Source of the DNA: Alphaproteobacteria bacterium
GTDB lineage: Bacteria; Pseudomonadota; Alphaproteobacteria; UBA828
Direction: 5' to 3'
Length of the DNA stretch: 64,000 bases
Assembly: GCA_963422645.2 (NCBI GenBank)
Contig: CAXXVO010000007.1
Location: forward strand, 320,001 to 384,000
Below the pieces are notes generated by a model that had not been told where the DNA came from, did no database searches, and saw only the letters and a program-made list of their open reading frames with translations. The position numbers and the translations under genes were made by a program. This document shows positions 22,097-37,327 of the stretch, in pieces. Position 1 is the stretch's first letter; each line of letters starts with the position of its first letter.

Positions 22097-22195
22097 CGTC
22101 CTGAGCCCGAGACAGATAGTTCATGTAGATCTTTCGTAATTCCTGAGCGTCGGATGTATCTTCCGGTGAGATCCTGCGACACAGTTCAACGATTT

Positions 22196-24710
22196 TCAGA
22201 CTTCCTGACCTCTGCTGATTTTAGGTGACACGAGCCGCGCGGATTCCGAGGCCCCGTCGATGTCATAGACTATGCGCAGACGGGTGCCGGGGAAGACCGT
22301 TTCGGTGGCGTTCAGGTCGCTCAGAACCGCATCGATCCAACGGTCGCAGGCGTCGTTTGCGAGGCCAAGAATGTGGACCCGCAGGAGGCCATTGCCAGGA
22401 TCCGGCAGGATGTCGGCATCGGCGGTGAGCAGCGCTTGAAGCAGTTTCCGGGGATGGGGCTTGTGGCCCTGCGCCTGCATGACGGGAAGCATCATGCGGG
22501 TTTCGGCGCGGTAGGCGATCATCCGGATGACGTCGAGGAGGAGGCGCTCGCGCGCGGGCAAGGCATCGAGCTGCTCGGCTTCGTCGAGGTCGCCGGCCCG
22601 GCAGTGCTTGGGCGTCTCCCTGCGGCTGGCCCTGACGATGTCGCGGACATCCTGGAGGTCCCTGACTTCCCTCCTGAGTTCCGCCGTCGGCTGCTTCTTC
22701 CGGGCCGTGTCGGCGATGCGGTTGCGCAGGCGGCCAAGCTGGCGGTCGAGGCGATGGATTGCCTTGTCATAGGCCCGCCGCAGCGGGTTGACGACCATGG
22801 CGGCGGGATCGAGAGGCTCGAGCTCGTGGGTCGGCAGGGCGTCGAGATTGAACTCGTCACGCATGTACTTGAAGAAGTTCTCCTGCGACCAGCGCGAGAA
22901 CATGGCGCCCGCAACCTCAGCCATCGGCTTGTGCGGATCGGTGGTGATCAGCGGCACCTGACGGCCGTTGTCGAGCAGGCGGCGGATCTGGCGCACCCTG
23001 AAGCCGTTCGGCAACGTCACCGGCTTCTCAGCCAGCCGCATGGTGGCGCTGCCGTCCGCCGCCGGTCCGTGAATGGGAACGGTCATCGCGCCGAAGTCCT
23101 CGGCCGGCCAGTCCTCGCCCCTGAAGTTCTTGTGCCAGGTCAGGCAGGCGACGCCGCGCCTCGCCAGCCGGCGGAACAGATCCGGGCTCCAGCCCTCGCG
23201 GTCGAAGACCAGGGTGAGCGCCGGCTGGCCGGGATGCTCGGCGGTCAGGTCCGGCGCCCCGGCGCCAACGATCCCAAGCTCCTGCAGCGCCGGCACCACG
23301 TCGGCTTCGATGGCCGCGACCATCTTCGGGTCCAGCGGCTTGTGCAGACAGAGCAGCGGCTTGCCGCCCAGAGCGTTGATCCAGTAGCTGGCGCTCGCCG
23401 GCAGGCACAGCTTCTCGCGCGAGACGAAGTGCTTGGGCAAGCGCCCCTTGCGGCCGGAGTAGACCTTGACGTGCCCGTCGATGGCCAGCGTCGCCCAGAG
23501 CTCCGGCTCGTCGGCGCCTGCCAGCGCCTGGCAAGGGCGAGCTGCCACGCCCGCACGCCGGCCTCGTCGTCGGCGATGAGAGCGATCTTGCGGCGCAGCG
23601 TCTTGACCTCGGGGCAGCGATCGAGGCCGAGAATGGCGCCCCATTCGCCCGGCGCCTGGTAGCGCAGGCTCTCGGGGTTGCGCACCCGCGCCAAGGTCAT
23701 GAAGGCCAGGAAGAGCAGGATCGTAGGCAAGCCGTAATAGCCCTTCGGCAGCAATGGCAGGAGACCGGTCTCGGAGAGAAGACCTTCCTTCAGCAGGGCC
23801 GGCAGGGCGGCGAGCACGCCGCCGAAGCGGACACCGCGGGCGGCGGCGGCGAACTGCGGTTCGACCGGCCCCGCCTGTCCACAACTGGCCAGAACCCGAG
23901 CCGGAACATCGCAAGTCGCACGCCCCATCGGCGCCTGCCGGTCCCGCCGATCGCGCGCGCTGCGATCCGTTTGCGGCTGCGCTTCCAGCCCCGGCGCCGT
24001 CTCCGGCCCCGGGGCACCGGTACTCTCTTCATCGACACGGCCTTCAGGAGCCGCACCCGCGTCAGGCGGCGCAGCCAGCGCTGAGCGTCCGGGCTCCCCA
24101 TCCGCCTCCGTGTTGCCGATCAGTCCCTGACGGCGCCACTTGTTGACCGATGGCGCTGACACGCCGAGAACCCGGGCCGCCGCAGAGCCGCTCAGGCCCG
24201 ATGCCAGCAACGCCGTCGCCTTCTCCGCCAACTCCGGAGTGAACACCGACGGCCCGCGACCGCGCCGGGGCTTCATGAACCCCGCTTCGCCCTCGGCCAG
24301 GTAGCGCCGTCGTGCGCGCTGCACCGTCGCGCGCGAGACAGCGAAAGCGTCAGCCAGTTCCTGCGGCGAGACCGCGCTGATCGCCGCGAGGCGGCCGATC
24401 CGCAAGAGCATGGCCGTGCGGTCATCGGCGGCGTGGCTGTCAAAGGGAATGAGGTTGGAAAAGTAGGTGAAGGTGTCGTCCGAGATCAGGACGGCGAAGC
24501 AGCTGTTGCCGATCGAGACCGCCTCTGGAGGGCACATTGGGAGGGTACTGGGCATGGTTGAGACCGTGCAATTGGTATCAAATTATACTATCAGACCTCG
24601 GGCGCGACACCCAGCGAAAAACCGCCTGAAACAACCGAAATGTATCAGAATTCAAGGAGTTCCCGGCACGCTGCCCAGAACAGCCAGCATCACGAGGTCA
24701 GGAAGTCTGA
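22196..24710 (-). mobile_element. ISx copy 3, complete, inverted orientation
   Basis: Same IRs and 2,515-bp length. Two visible SNPs versus the other copies (near 22265 and 24588). Same frameshift. Confidence 0.95.
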
Positions 24711-26238
24711 GTATAGGGATCAGCTGCATCGGTTCCGGGTGCGCCAGGATTTGCAGGATGTTCCAGCCTTGCTTTCGAGCGGTGACGATGACGCTGCGCA
24801 TTCCGGCGAAGTTGCAGGCGCCTTGCAGGGAGCGGAAGCCGCCTGAGATCTTCTCATGCACTTTGTTCATACGGATGTCACGCTCCGCCTCGTTATTCGT
24901 GAACGGCGTGCGCAGGTCGGTGAGGAAGCGCAGGCAGCCCTCCTTATGCTTTTGAAGGCGGCGCGCGAGGTTGTGGCCGATGCGGCGTTTCTTTCGCCCT
25001 CGCTTTGCGATCTGGAGCGGCGGTTGGGCCTCATGGAAGGCGATGGCTTCTTCGAGGATACGGTCCCATGCCCTTGAGATGCGGGCCACCAGGGAGGCGG
25101 GGACTTGACGGTCTTTCTCACGGGCGAAGCGGGCGGCCCTGCGCGCGCGCTGAAGCAGGCGGTGCATGCTCGCCGCCCATTCCTCCTTCTCGATGTCGAT
25201 CAGGGCCTGGAGTTCGCGCAGGTGATGTGCGTTGCAGGCGCCGTGGCGGACGCCCTTGATGGTGAAGTAGGGGGCGAAGTCGTCGTGGACGAGGATGCCT
25301 TTCAGGTTCTTTTCGACATCGCCGCGTCCCTCGCCGATGCGCAGGACGGTGAGCAACGGGGTGCACAGCACATGGAGCCAGCGGGTACGGGCGGCGATAC
25401 GCAGGCCGGTCTCGTCGAGGTGCTTGACCGGCGCCTGCGTGCGGATCAGATCGGCGACATGGTCGAGGAAGCCCTCGAAGCGCTGCGCTGTGCGCCGGCC
25501 CATGGCGGCGATCGTGGCAGTGGAGATGGACACCGCGAAGATGTCGCTCATGAGTTCGGCCAGACGCTTCTCGGGCACGAACTGGGCGTACAGCAGGTAA
25601 CTCACCCAAGCGGTGATGCGAGGGCCGTACTGGACCGGGGCGGTGACGCCCGGCGGGAAGGCGGCTCGTGTCAGCGTGCCGCATGCGCCGCAGAGGCAGC
25701 GATGGGCGCGGTGTTCGGTGACCTCGAGAGGCTGCGGCTCGGGTACGTCGAAGACCTGCCGACAGGCGGGCGCGCCTTGCCGGTCGGCGTCCGAGAGCTC
25801 GACGCCACAGCCGGAACAGGTGGAGGGGTGGTGATCGACGACACGGTCCGGGCTGTCGCTCCGCGCGAGGGTGGTTCCCTTGTGGCCGGGCTGGCCGCCA
25901 CTGGGCCCGCCGGACTTTCCGCGCTGGCTTTGGGTGCGCCTCTGGGCTCCGCTTTTCTTCTTGAGCCCGTCGCTGGCGGGGGGCTTGCTGCTTGTGGTGC
26001 TGTTGAGGGCCGCGCTGCGCTCGAGTTCGGCGATGCGCTCGCGCAGGGCCGCGTTCTCCTGCTCGAGTGCGGCATTTTCCCGGGCGAGCGCGGTGGCTGA
26101 TCGCAGCAGCCCCTGCCCCCATTCCCGGACGGCAACGACGACAGTGGTTGCGAGGGATGATGGCTCGAGAAGCTCCTTCAGGCAGCAGAAGGCCTCGTTA
26201 CGGGCGGCGAGGTCTTCGTGCCAGTGCGACACCGTCAC
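24711..26238 (-). CDS. IS66 family transposase (last codons replaced by ISx sequence)
   Basis: NSTTSSKPPASD, GGQPGHKG, zinc finger, HLDETG, CNAHHLREL and FTNNEAERDIR. GTG start overlaps the MTase TGA. Confidence 0.92.
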
Positions 26239-26900
26239 GTGTCTTCGGCCTCGACGGCCATCATGGCGGCGAGCACGGCGAGGCGTTCGCCCGGCGGCAA
26301 GGCCTGGTAGCGCCGGCCCCAGTTGGCTGCCTTGCGCTTGATGCGCTGGCGGTCGGTGAAGTTCCGGCCTGCGTGGCTGGCCCAATGCATCCGGTCGGGG
26401 GCGTAGTTGAACCAGACGACCTCGGTTCGCACCAGACCCTGGGTCGTGACCTGCAGCGCCAGCCGGCGCCATCCCGCCAGCACCTCGTCATAGAGCGCCG
26501 ACGGATGGCCCGAGATCATGACCTGGCAGGGCAGAGCCTTGAGCAGCGCGAGAAGCGCGACGTGGCCGGCCTCCTCGTACTCGAAGCGGTAGCGCTGCGC
26601 CGAGCGGCGGGTCGCGTGCAGATAGGGCGGATCGCTGTAAACCAGCTCCGGGCCCAGGAACGGGAACGAGGCCAGGAAGTCATGGGCACAGCCGTGAACC
26701 AGATCGACCGGGTAGTCGCAGACGAAGGCCTCGAGCGCCTGCGCATCGCGGTCGATGCCGATCGAACGCACGGCCGGCGGCTTGCGCTTCATCAGCGCCC
26801 CGCCCCCAAGGTGGCTTTCGATGTAGACGGAGTGCGGCGGCATCAGCGCAATCAGCGCTTGGCACAGACCTGCTGTCGCCTTCGAGCCGAAATACCCCAT
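26235..26900 (-). CDS. DNA adenine methyltransferase (D12/Dam-like, minimal)
   Basis: YFGSK, YIESHLGGGA (SAM binding) and YSDPPY (catalytic) motifs. Confidence 0.9.
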   Translation of the reverse strand: MGYFGSKATAGLCQALIALMPPHSVYIESHLGGGALMKRKPPAVRSIGIDRDAQALEAFVCDYPVDLVHGCAHDFLASFPFLGPELVYSDPPYLHATRRSAQRYRFEYEEAGHVALLALLKALPCQVMISGHPSALYDEVLAGWRRLALQVTTQGLVRTEVVWFNYAPDRMHWASHAGRNFTDRQRIKRKAANWGRRYQALPPGERLAVLAAMMAVEAEDT

Positions 26901-27187
26901 GGACCGCTCCCGTCACGCGAGAGAGCAGTCCATAGTCCCGCAACTCTATGAGGTCAAGAACCAATCGCGGTGGCAGAACCAGACCGCGGCCGCCGCCATA
27001 ATCACCGTCCTCAACTCAGGATTGGGGTACCTGGGTAGTTACAAAACAACTTGAGAGTCCCCCTTTACTCCGATACCGACCCTTTCGTGATTGGTGATCT
27101 CTTGGATAGAGATCGCGGTTGCGCAATCGCCAATCTGGTACCGCCCGTTTCGTGCGATTGCTATGGGAAGGGTCATCACGAATCTCC

Positions 27188-27415
27188 TCAGTGCCAGACA
27201 AGACGGGTGTCGTCGGCGATCGCGCTGATGTGCCCATCGAAGTCGACCAGACGGGAGACGAAGCGCCCGCGCAAGAGCCCCGCGCGGAACATCCGCTCTA
27301 GGAGCTGGCCAGCCTCAACGTCGTAGGGGGAGAAGGTTGCGACAAAGGGAGCAACCTTCACTCGGCCTTTGGCCAGTTCACTGCGAAGCTGCGTCATCAC
27401 GATGTTGGGGTTCAT
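27188..27415 (-). CDS. Hypothetical protein (75 aa)
   Basis: AGGAGG RBS. Followed by a second RBS and a short ORF cut at the IS66 end. Confidence 0.55.
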   Translation of the reverse strand: MNPNIVMTQLRSELAKGRVKVAPFVATFSPYDVEAGQLLERMFRAGLLRGRFVSRLVDFDGHISAIADDTRLVWH

Positions 27416-27448
27416 TCCGACCTCCTAACGTTGAACGTTGGAGGCCGA

Positions 27449-27477
27449 TTGACGCTCGGAGCGCGCGCGGCTAGATT
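27449..27477 (+). promoter_or_regulatory. Sigma70-type promoter for a probable antisense RNA
   Basis: TTGACG-17 bp-TAGATT. Confidence 0.6.
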
Positions 27478-27531
27478 TGCCGTGTCGGCGACACCAAACT
27501 CCGCTGCGGCCTCACAGACTACTGCGGATGC

Positions 27532-27566
27532 CTTCGGGCCGAGAGTTGGAAGCTCTCGGCCCGAAG
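27532..27566. terminator. Strong hairpin between convergent promoters
   Basis: CTTCGGGCCGAGAG / CTCTCGGCCCGAAG perfect 14-bp stem. No U-tract. Confidence 0.55.
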
Positions 27567-27579
27567 TGCGTCTGAGGGG

Positions 27580-27608
27580 AGGCTAAGCCGCTACGGGTCG
27601 ACCGTCAA
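27580..27608 (-). promoter_or_regulatory. Sigma70-type promoter for the 75-aa ORF
   Basis: Minus strand TTGACG-17 bp-TAGCCT. Confidence 0.55.
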
Positions 27609-27746
27609 GATGTAGTGGGTCAAGCGCTGCGTGCGCCGCTAGACAGGCCGTTTGAAGCTCGGGTTGAACCAACGCCCCCGTGGGACTCGTATCCCTAGGG
27701 GCGTTGCCGTTTCTAGCCCGGTTCCCCGAGAACCGTGCAGAAGCCC

Positions 27747-27778
27747 TTGACGCGACCCCGACTTGTGGCTAGTATAAT
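27747..27778 (+). promoter_or_regulatory. IS1595 transposase promoter
   Basis: TTGACG-17 bp-TAGTAT (overlapping TATAAT), then RBS AGAGGG. Confidence 0.65.
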
Positions 27779-27801
27779 CGCCATAAATAGAGGGCAAGAA
27801 C

Positions 27802-28165
27802 ATGACGCAGAAGGCACCCGGACGCTCCCACCGCACAGGCATGACGGTCATGGAGCTGTTGCGGAAGTTCCCCGACGATGCCACTGCTGAGACGTGGTTC
27901 GAGGCCCAGCGCTGGCCCGAAGGCCGGTTCTGCCCCAACTGCGGCTCCACCAACACGGTCGTCGTCACGAGCCGGAAGCCCATGCCCTACCGCTGCCGGG
28001 ACTGCCGCCATCACTTCTCGGTGCGCAAGGGCACGGTCATGCAGTCCAGCAAGCTCGGTCTCCAGAAATGGGCCATCGCGCTCTACATGATGACCACGGG
28101 CATCAAGGGCACGTCGAGCATGAAGCTCTATCGCGAGGTCGGCATCCGGCAGGCCACCGCGTGGT
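27802..28165 (+). pseudogene. IS1595 transposase, N-terminal half
   Basis: FPDD...RWP, CPNCG...CRDC zinc ribbon, GIKGTSSMKL...QATAW. Continues as FLMQRIRE at 36719. Confidence 0.92.
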
Positions 28166-28171
28166 TGTAGA

Positions 28172-28311
28172 CGGACGAAAGTCGTTGTGAATCGGGTCAA
28201 GGGGTGGAATCAGGCGGAATCGGGCGGAAGGTGGCGGAATCTCAAGGGGATGCGCGGCGGCACGGTGGCGGTGCGGCGGCTGGCGTGCGGACGGAAGTCT
28301 TTGCGAATCGG
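28172..28311. repeat. Left-end sites L1 and L2 with a phased spacer
   Basis: CGGACGAAAGTCGTTGTGAATCGG (28172-28195) and CGGACGGAAGTCTTTGCGAATCGG (28288-28311). Four GGYGGAA units at an exact 10-bp period (28201-28240). Confidence 0.8.
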
Positions 28312-28533
28312 GCCGTGCAGAGGCCGTGAATTGTCAATCGGCTTTCAATACTGACCCCCGATCGGCGTGCAAAATTGACCCCCCTGAGTGGCACGGCGGA
28401 GGTTGTCCCGGTAGCCAATAGGGGGGACCCGCGCGGCTTCGTGTGGCGCCCTGCGCTACGCGGAGCGAAGCCGCGTGGGGGGTCCCTGTTGGCCCACCGG
28501 GGCAACCGGGCCGCAAGGGAGGCCGGCGGCGGG

Positions 28534-29262
28534 TCAGGAGCGGTTCTTGAAGCGCCAGCTCTCGTTGCCGGTCTCGATGATCTCGCAATGATGGGTGAGG
28601 CGATCGAGCAGCGCTGTGGTCATCTTGGGGTCGCCGAAGACGGATGGCCATTCGCCGAAGGCGAGGTTTGTGGTGATGACGATCGAGGTGCGCTCGTAGA
28701 GCCGGCTCATCAGATGGAAGAGCAGCTGCCCACCGGCCTGGGCGAAGGGCAGGTAGCCGAGCTCGTCGAGGATGACGAAGTCGCGGCGGACGAGCTGGTC
28801 TGCAGTGCGGCCCTGGCGTCCGGCGCGAAGCTCGGCCTCGAGGAGGTTGACCAGGTCGACGACGTTGTAGCACCGGCCGCGCGCGCCCTTGCGGATGCAG
28901 GACCGCGCGATGGCGACGGCGAGATGGGTCTTGCCGGTACCGGTGCCGCCGACCAGCACGATGTTGCGTTTGCCCTCGAGGAAGCCGCCGCCGGCGAGCT
29001 CCTGGATCAGGGGCTCGTTGACCGGCGAGGCGGCGAAGTCGAAGTCGGCCAGCTCCTTGACCGTCGGCAGCTTGGCGGAGGCCATCTGGTACTTGATCGA
29101 GCGGGCCCTCTTGTCGGCGATCTCGACCTGCAGCAGCGTACCGATGATCTGTTGCACCGGATGGCGGCGCTTGAGCCCGTCGGCAAGGATGTCGTCGTAA
29201 GCGGCGCGCATACCTGCGAGCTTCAGCTGGGTCATCATCTCCAGCACATCATGACGCTCCAT
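28534..29262 (-). CDS. istB: IS21 helper ATPase
   Basis: GGTGTGKTH Walker A, ILDELGY Walker B and ALLDRLTHH. Confidence 0.96.
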   Translation of the reverse strand: MERHDVLEMMTQLKLAGMRAAYDDILADGLKRRHPVQQIIGTLLQVEIADKRARSIKYQMASAKLPTVKELADFDFAASPVNEPLIQELAGGGFLEGKRNIVLVGGTGTGKTHLAVAIARSCIRKGARGRCYNVVDLVNLLEAELRAGRQGRTADQLVRRDFVILDELGYLPFAQAGGQLLFHLMSRLYERTSIVITTNLAFGEWPSVFGDPKMTTALLDRLTHHCEIIETGNESWRFKNRS

Positions 29263-30763
29263 GACCGGCCTCCCTCAGGCTGTCGTAGCGCTGACAGTCG
29301 GCTACCGGCTTGTGGCGAAGCTGCAGGCCCTCGGGCGTCGGGATGATTGCCGGCGGTGCCGGCTGGCGCTGCCGGGCGAGGATGTTGAGCACCACGTCGG
29401 CGCTGCAGGCACCGCAGTCGAGCGTCTCGGCACAGGCCGCCTCAACCGCCTCCAGTCCGTCCTCCAGCACCGCCGCGAGCACCTTGACGAACTGCCGGTC
29501 GCCGTCGTCGTGGCCCGCGAGCCGGGTTCGCAGGCGGCCGAGCGCGTTGGGCAACTGCCAGTCCTTGAAGGGCGCGCCATTGCGTAGCGCGCCGGGCTTC
29601 CGCGTCAGGATCGGCACGTAATGCCACGGATCGTAGACGAACCGGCCGCGCCCGAAGCTGCGGGGGTGCTCGGCAACGGTCTCGCCGTCCTGGCGGATGA
29701 CGATCCGATCGGCATAGGCCCGCACGTCCACCGGCCGGCCGACGGCGCGGGCCGCGACGCTGTACTGGTTGTTGTCGAAGCGCACCAGACAGGTCTTCGA
29801 GACCGACACCTCGCTGGCATGGAAGCCGTCGAAGGGGCCGCGATACGCCATCAGGAAGGGCTGCTCCTCCTCGAACACCTGCCACACCGTCTTGCCCGGG
29901 ATTGTCGGATGCGGATGCTTCTTGGCGTCCTCGATGCACCGATCCATCAGCCACTCGTTGATCTCGGCGTAGGAGCGGCCCCGCGGGATGGGCACGAACA
30001 GGCGGCCGCGAAGGTCACCCACCTGCTTCTCGACCTGCCCCTTCTCCCAGCCAGCCCCTGGCGTGCACGCCACAGGCTCCACCAGATGGTGCGAGCACAG
30101 CTCCTGGAAGCGGCGGTTGTAGTCCCGCTTCTTGCCCACGAAGATCGTGCTCACCGCCGTCTTCATGTTGTCGTAGATGCCCCGCCGGCAGACCCCGCCG
30201 AAGAAGCGGAAGGCACGCTCGTGCGCCTCGAAGACCATCTCCTGGCTCTCGCGGGGAAAGATCTGGACCAGATACATCCGGCTGTGGCACAGCCGCATGT
30301 GCGCCGCCTTCACCCTGGTCGTCGCGCCCGACAGACGCGCGTACTCGTGGCTCCAGTCGAACTGGTAGGCCTCGCCGGGATCGAAGATCAGCGGCACATA
30401 GGCCTGCGCCGGCGACAACAGCCGCCACCGGCGCCGCCAGGCCCTGGCATAGCGGCGAACCGCGTCATAGCCGCCCTTGTAGCCCAGCGACACAAGGTCT
30501 TCATGAATCCGCAGAAGAGACAGCCGATCCTTGCGTGCCTTCTTCTCGTTGGCCTTCAGCTGGCGCTCAAGCTCCTCCACCCACAGCCCAAGCTTCGGCA
30601 TCGGCTGGATCTTGCGCTCGTAGCTGTGCGAGGTCGCATCGCCCCGCACCACCTTGCGTATCGTGTTCTTGGAAACCCTCAAATCCCGGGCGAGCTTCTT
30701 GATCGGAACGCCCTTCACCAGATGATCCCGACGGATCTTCGCGATCGTTTCCACAACCAGCAT
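29249..30763 (-). CDS. istA: IS21 transposase
   Basis: [18 protein letters not shown] and GWEKGQVE (DDE). Confidence 0.96.
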   Translation of the reverse strand: MLVVETIAKIRRDHLVKGVPIKKLARDLRVSKNTIRKVVRGDATSHSYERKIQPMPKLGLWVEELERQLKANEKKARKDRLSLLRIHEDLVSLGYKGGYDAVRRYARAWRRRWRLLSPAQAYVPLIFDPGEAYQFDWSHEYARLSGATTRVKAAHMRLCHSRMYLVQIFPRESQEMVFEAHERAFRFFGGVCRRGIYDNMKTAVSTIFVGKKRDYNRRFQELCSHHLVEPVACTPGAGWEKGQVEKQVGDLRGRLFVPIPRGRSYAEINEWLMDRCIEDAKKHPHPTIPGKTVWQVFEEEQPFLMAYRGPFDGFHASEVSVSKTCLVRFDNNQYSVAARAVGRPVDVRAYADRIVIRQDGETVAEHPRSFGRGRFVYDPWHYVPILTRKPGALRNGAPFKDWQLPNALGRLRTRLAGHDDGDRQFVKVLAAVLEDGLEAVEAACAETLDCGACSADVVLNILARQRQPAPPAIIPTPEGLQLRHKPVADCQRYDSLREAGHGAS

Positions 30764-30882
30764 CTCCCCCACCACCCCGTCCGTCCAAACGACGAGGTGT
30801 GTTCATGGACACAAATCCAAGGGGGTCAATTTTGGACGCCGATCACCCCCAATAGGGGGTCACTTTTCCACGCTTAACAACA

Positions 30883-31161
30883 GCCCGCGCGCGCGGCCGG
30901 CCTGGCGGCGCGCGAATCGCAGGTCGCCGCACTCGGGGGAGAGCACGCCCGGCCTCTCGCGCCCGCCGAGACGCCCCGCGAGGGCGACGGCGTGCTGATG
31001 CACGCGGCCGGGCGGCGGCGGCGCATCGGCCACCATATCGGCCTCTGGTGCCGCATCGCGGGCGAGCCCTGCGTGCTGCACTGCGCGGAGGGCGCGGGCA
31101 CGATCGTGCACCCGATCCGCGAGCTGCCGCTGCGCGGCCTCGCGCTCGAGGGGGTCTACCG

Positions 31162-31171
<10 letters not shown>
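30883..31171 (+). pseudogene. C-terminal remnant of an NlpC/P60-type phage tail assembly protein
   Basis: ...PREGDGVLM...GHHIGLW...VLHCAEGAG...EGVYRWL*. The 5' part is missing at the IS21 end, so it is absent from the ORF track. Confidence 0.75.
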
Positions 31172-35382
<4,211 letters not shown>

Positions 35383-35396
35383 GAGATTCGACGGCG

Positions 35397-36020
35397 GTGC
35401 CCGGCGTGAGAGACCCCCGCGAATCAACCCCGGTCGAGCCCGGAGAGGGTTCCACCCCCCCCATTCGCGTCGTCCGCGCAGCCATCGGCCCTCGAGCAAT
35501 GGCCGAGGTCGAGCGAGCCGTCAACGGGCTCGCGCTCGCGCGCCGGGGCCCCGGCGCGGACGACTGCTACGAGGCATGGCTGCCCGACGGGATGCTCCCG
35601 GCAGACTGCACCGACGCCCTGGACGCCCTCGCCCGCAACTACGCCCGCGAGGTGCTGAACGCATGCGCGGACACGCCCTCGCCCGCCGTCTGCAACTGTT
35701 ACTTCGCAGGACAGGCCTGCCTCTGGCACGTCGACCAGTACGCAGGGCGGGGAGTTCCCGACACCCTCGACCGGACCGTCTCCGCAAGCCTCATCGTCGA
35801 ACGCGCCGCAGCCGGCGGCGACATGGTCTTCCAGGACCCGGGCCGGAAACGCCGCCCCGTACGGATCGACCCGCCGCCGGGATCGCTCGTCCTCTTCCCC
35901 GCAGACTGGTGGCACAGGGTCGCACCCGCCACCGCCGGCATCCGCCGCTCGCTCGTGCGATGGTGGGCGCAGTCGAACGGAGAGAGGTTCTCGTCCCTCG
36001 CCCGGCCCGACGGAGGATGA
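35397..36020 (+). CDS. 2OG-Fe(II) oxygenase (prolyl-4-hydroxylase/PKHD-like)
   Basis: WHVD...RTVSASL...GGDMVF...PGSLVLFP..WWHRVAP...RRSLV gives the HxD...H triad plus RxS. Confidence 0.85.
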   Translation: MPGVRDPRESTPVEPGEGSTPPIRVVRAAIGPRAMAEVERAVNGLALARRGPGADDCYEAWLPDGMLPADCTDALDALARNYAREVLNACADTPSPAVCNCYFAGQACLWHVDQYAGRGVPDTLDRTVSASLIVERAAAGGDMVFQDPGRKRRPVRIDPPPGSLVLFPADWWHRVAPATAGIRRSLVRWWAQSNGERFSSLARPDGG

Positions 36021-36024
36021 CACG

Positions 36025-36545
36025 GTGATCGACATCCAGGACGCGATCCGCCGGCTCATGCCCACGGCTTCCTGCCGGGCTCCTTCCCCGGCGGCATCGA
36101 CACGATGTTCGACGAGGCGACATGGAAGGCCTACGGCTGGAACCCGATCCCCGGCCTGCCGGACTACGGCCCCGACCCGGACGCCAGCCCCAAGCCGGCA
36201 TGGGCCATGATCGCCGAAGCGGGCGAGCGCGCCGCCGCCGAAGACCTCCGGCAAGAAAGGGCGCAAGGGGTCGACCGGGAGGCAACCCGCCGCATCCGGA
36301 AGGCCTACGGGGCGAGGAGCTGGGAGCACGAGGCCAGACGGCGGCTGCGCGGCGCCGCCACCGAGGAGCAGGACGCCGAACGCGACCGCCTGCGCCGGCT
36401 CTGCCGCGCGCTCCGCAAGCGCATCGAAACCATGGACGCGGGCGCGCTCGAGCGCTTCGACGCAGCCGACGACAGACACTGGCGCCCGCCCGAAGCCGGG
36501 CCCGCCCAGCCCCCCGCGCCCGAGGCGGAGGAGAAGGCGGAATAG
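36025..36545 (+). pseudogene. Phage tail-associated protein, probably frameshifted near 36061
   Basis: VIDIQDAIRRLM joins HGFLPGSFPGGIDTMFDEATW if one C is added in ATGCCCACGG. Alternatively an intact ORF at 36105-36545. Confidence 0.5.
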
Positions 36546-36664
36546 AACCCTTGCAGGGGCCGTGCACACCGAATTCCGCGCCCCTGAACGGCCCGTGCAT
36601 GGCCGATGCAGAGGCCGTTTTTCCAGCCCGAATCAGCCCCGAAAATCAGCCTGTTTTCCAGGCC

Positions 36665-36708
36665 ATTCGCAAAGACTTCTGGCCGCGATTCGCAAAGACT
36701 TCTGGCCG
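36665..36708. repeat. Right-end sites R2 and R1
   Basis: ATTCGCAAAGACTTCTGGCCG twice at a 23-bp period. Its first 15 nt are the exact reverse complement of GAAGTCTTTGCGAAT at 28294-28308. Confidence 0.9.
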
Positions 36709-36714
36709 GCTACA

Positions 36715-37321
36715 GTGGTTCCTGATGCAGCGCATCCGCGAGGGCTTCATCGAAGGCGAGAACAAGCCTTTCCCCGGTCCGGTCGAGGCCGACGAGACGT
36801 ACATCGGGGGCAAGGAGAAGAACAAGCACGCCAACAAGAAGCTGCGTGCGGGTCGCGGTGCGGTCGGCAAGGCCGTGGTCGCAGGTGCCAAGGATCGCAC
36901 CACCAAGCGCGTTTCCGCCAAGGTAGTGCCCGACACCACCCGCCTGACCCTGAGCAACTTTGTAGCTGCCCATGCGAGCCCCGAGACCATGGTCTACACT
37001 GACGAGTCCAAGAGCTATTCAGGCCTTCCCCACCACGAGACCGTCGTCCACTCGCGCGGCGAGTATGTCAACGGCGACTGCCACACCAACGGCATCGAGA
37101 GTTTCTGGAGCCTGTTCAAGCGGGGCTATCACGGCACCTTCCACCACCTGTCCGAGAAGCACCTGGACCGCTACGTCCGGGAGTTCACGGGCCGCAACAA
37201 CATCCGCGACCTGGACACCATCGACCAGATGGCCGCGCTGGTGCGGGGTATGGTCGGCAAGCGGCTGCGCTACAGGGAGCTGATTGCAGACGACGGCCTG
37301 TCGAGCGGAGCGCGGTCGTAG
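36715..37321 (+). pseudogene. IS1595 transposase, C-terminal half
   Basis: VEADETYIGG, VYTDE, HTNGIESFWS and YVREFTGR motifs. Confidence 0.92.
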
Positions 37322-37327
37322 GGGGAA

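Larger units (their letters stand above)
24711..27042 (-). mobile_element. IS66 family (ISBst12-type, single transposase) with a passenger methyltransferase; right end removed at ISx
   Basis: The minus-strand end GTAACTACCCAGGTACCCC starts at 27042 (GTAA terminus typical of IS66). Encloses the MTase and transposase. Confidence 0.8.
28332..30882 (-). mobile_element. IS21 family element
   Basis: TGT...ACA ends with TGACCCC at position 21 of both ends plus internal repeats. Contains istA-istB. No target duplication. Confidence 0.93.

Noticed and set aside
36122-37321. 399-aa ORF as an intact transposase
   Set aside because: It is a chimera. A shadow frame reads through the phage right end into the C-terminal half of the IS1595 transposase.
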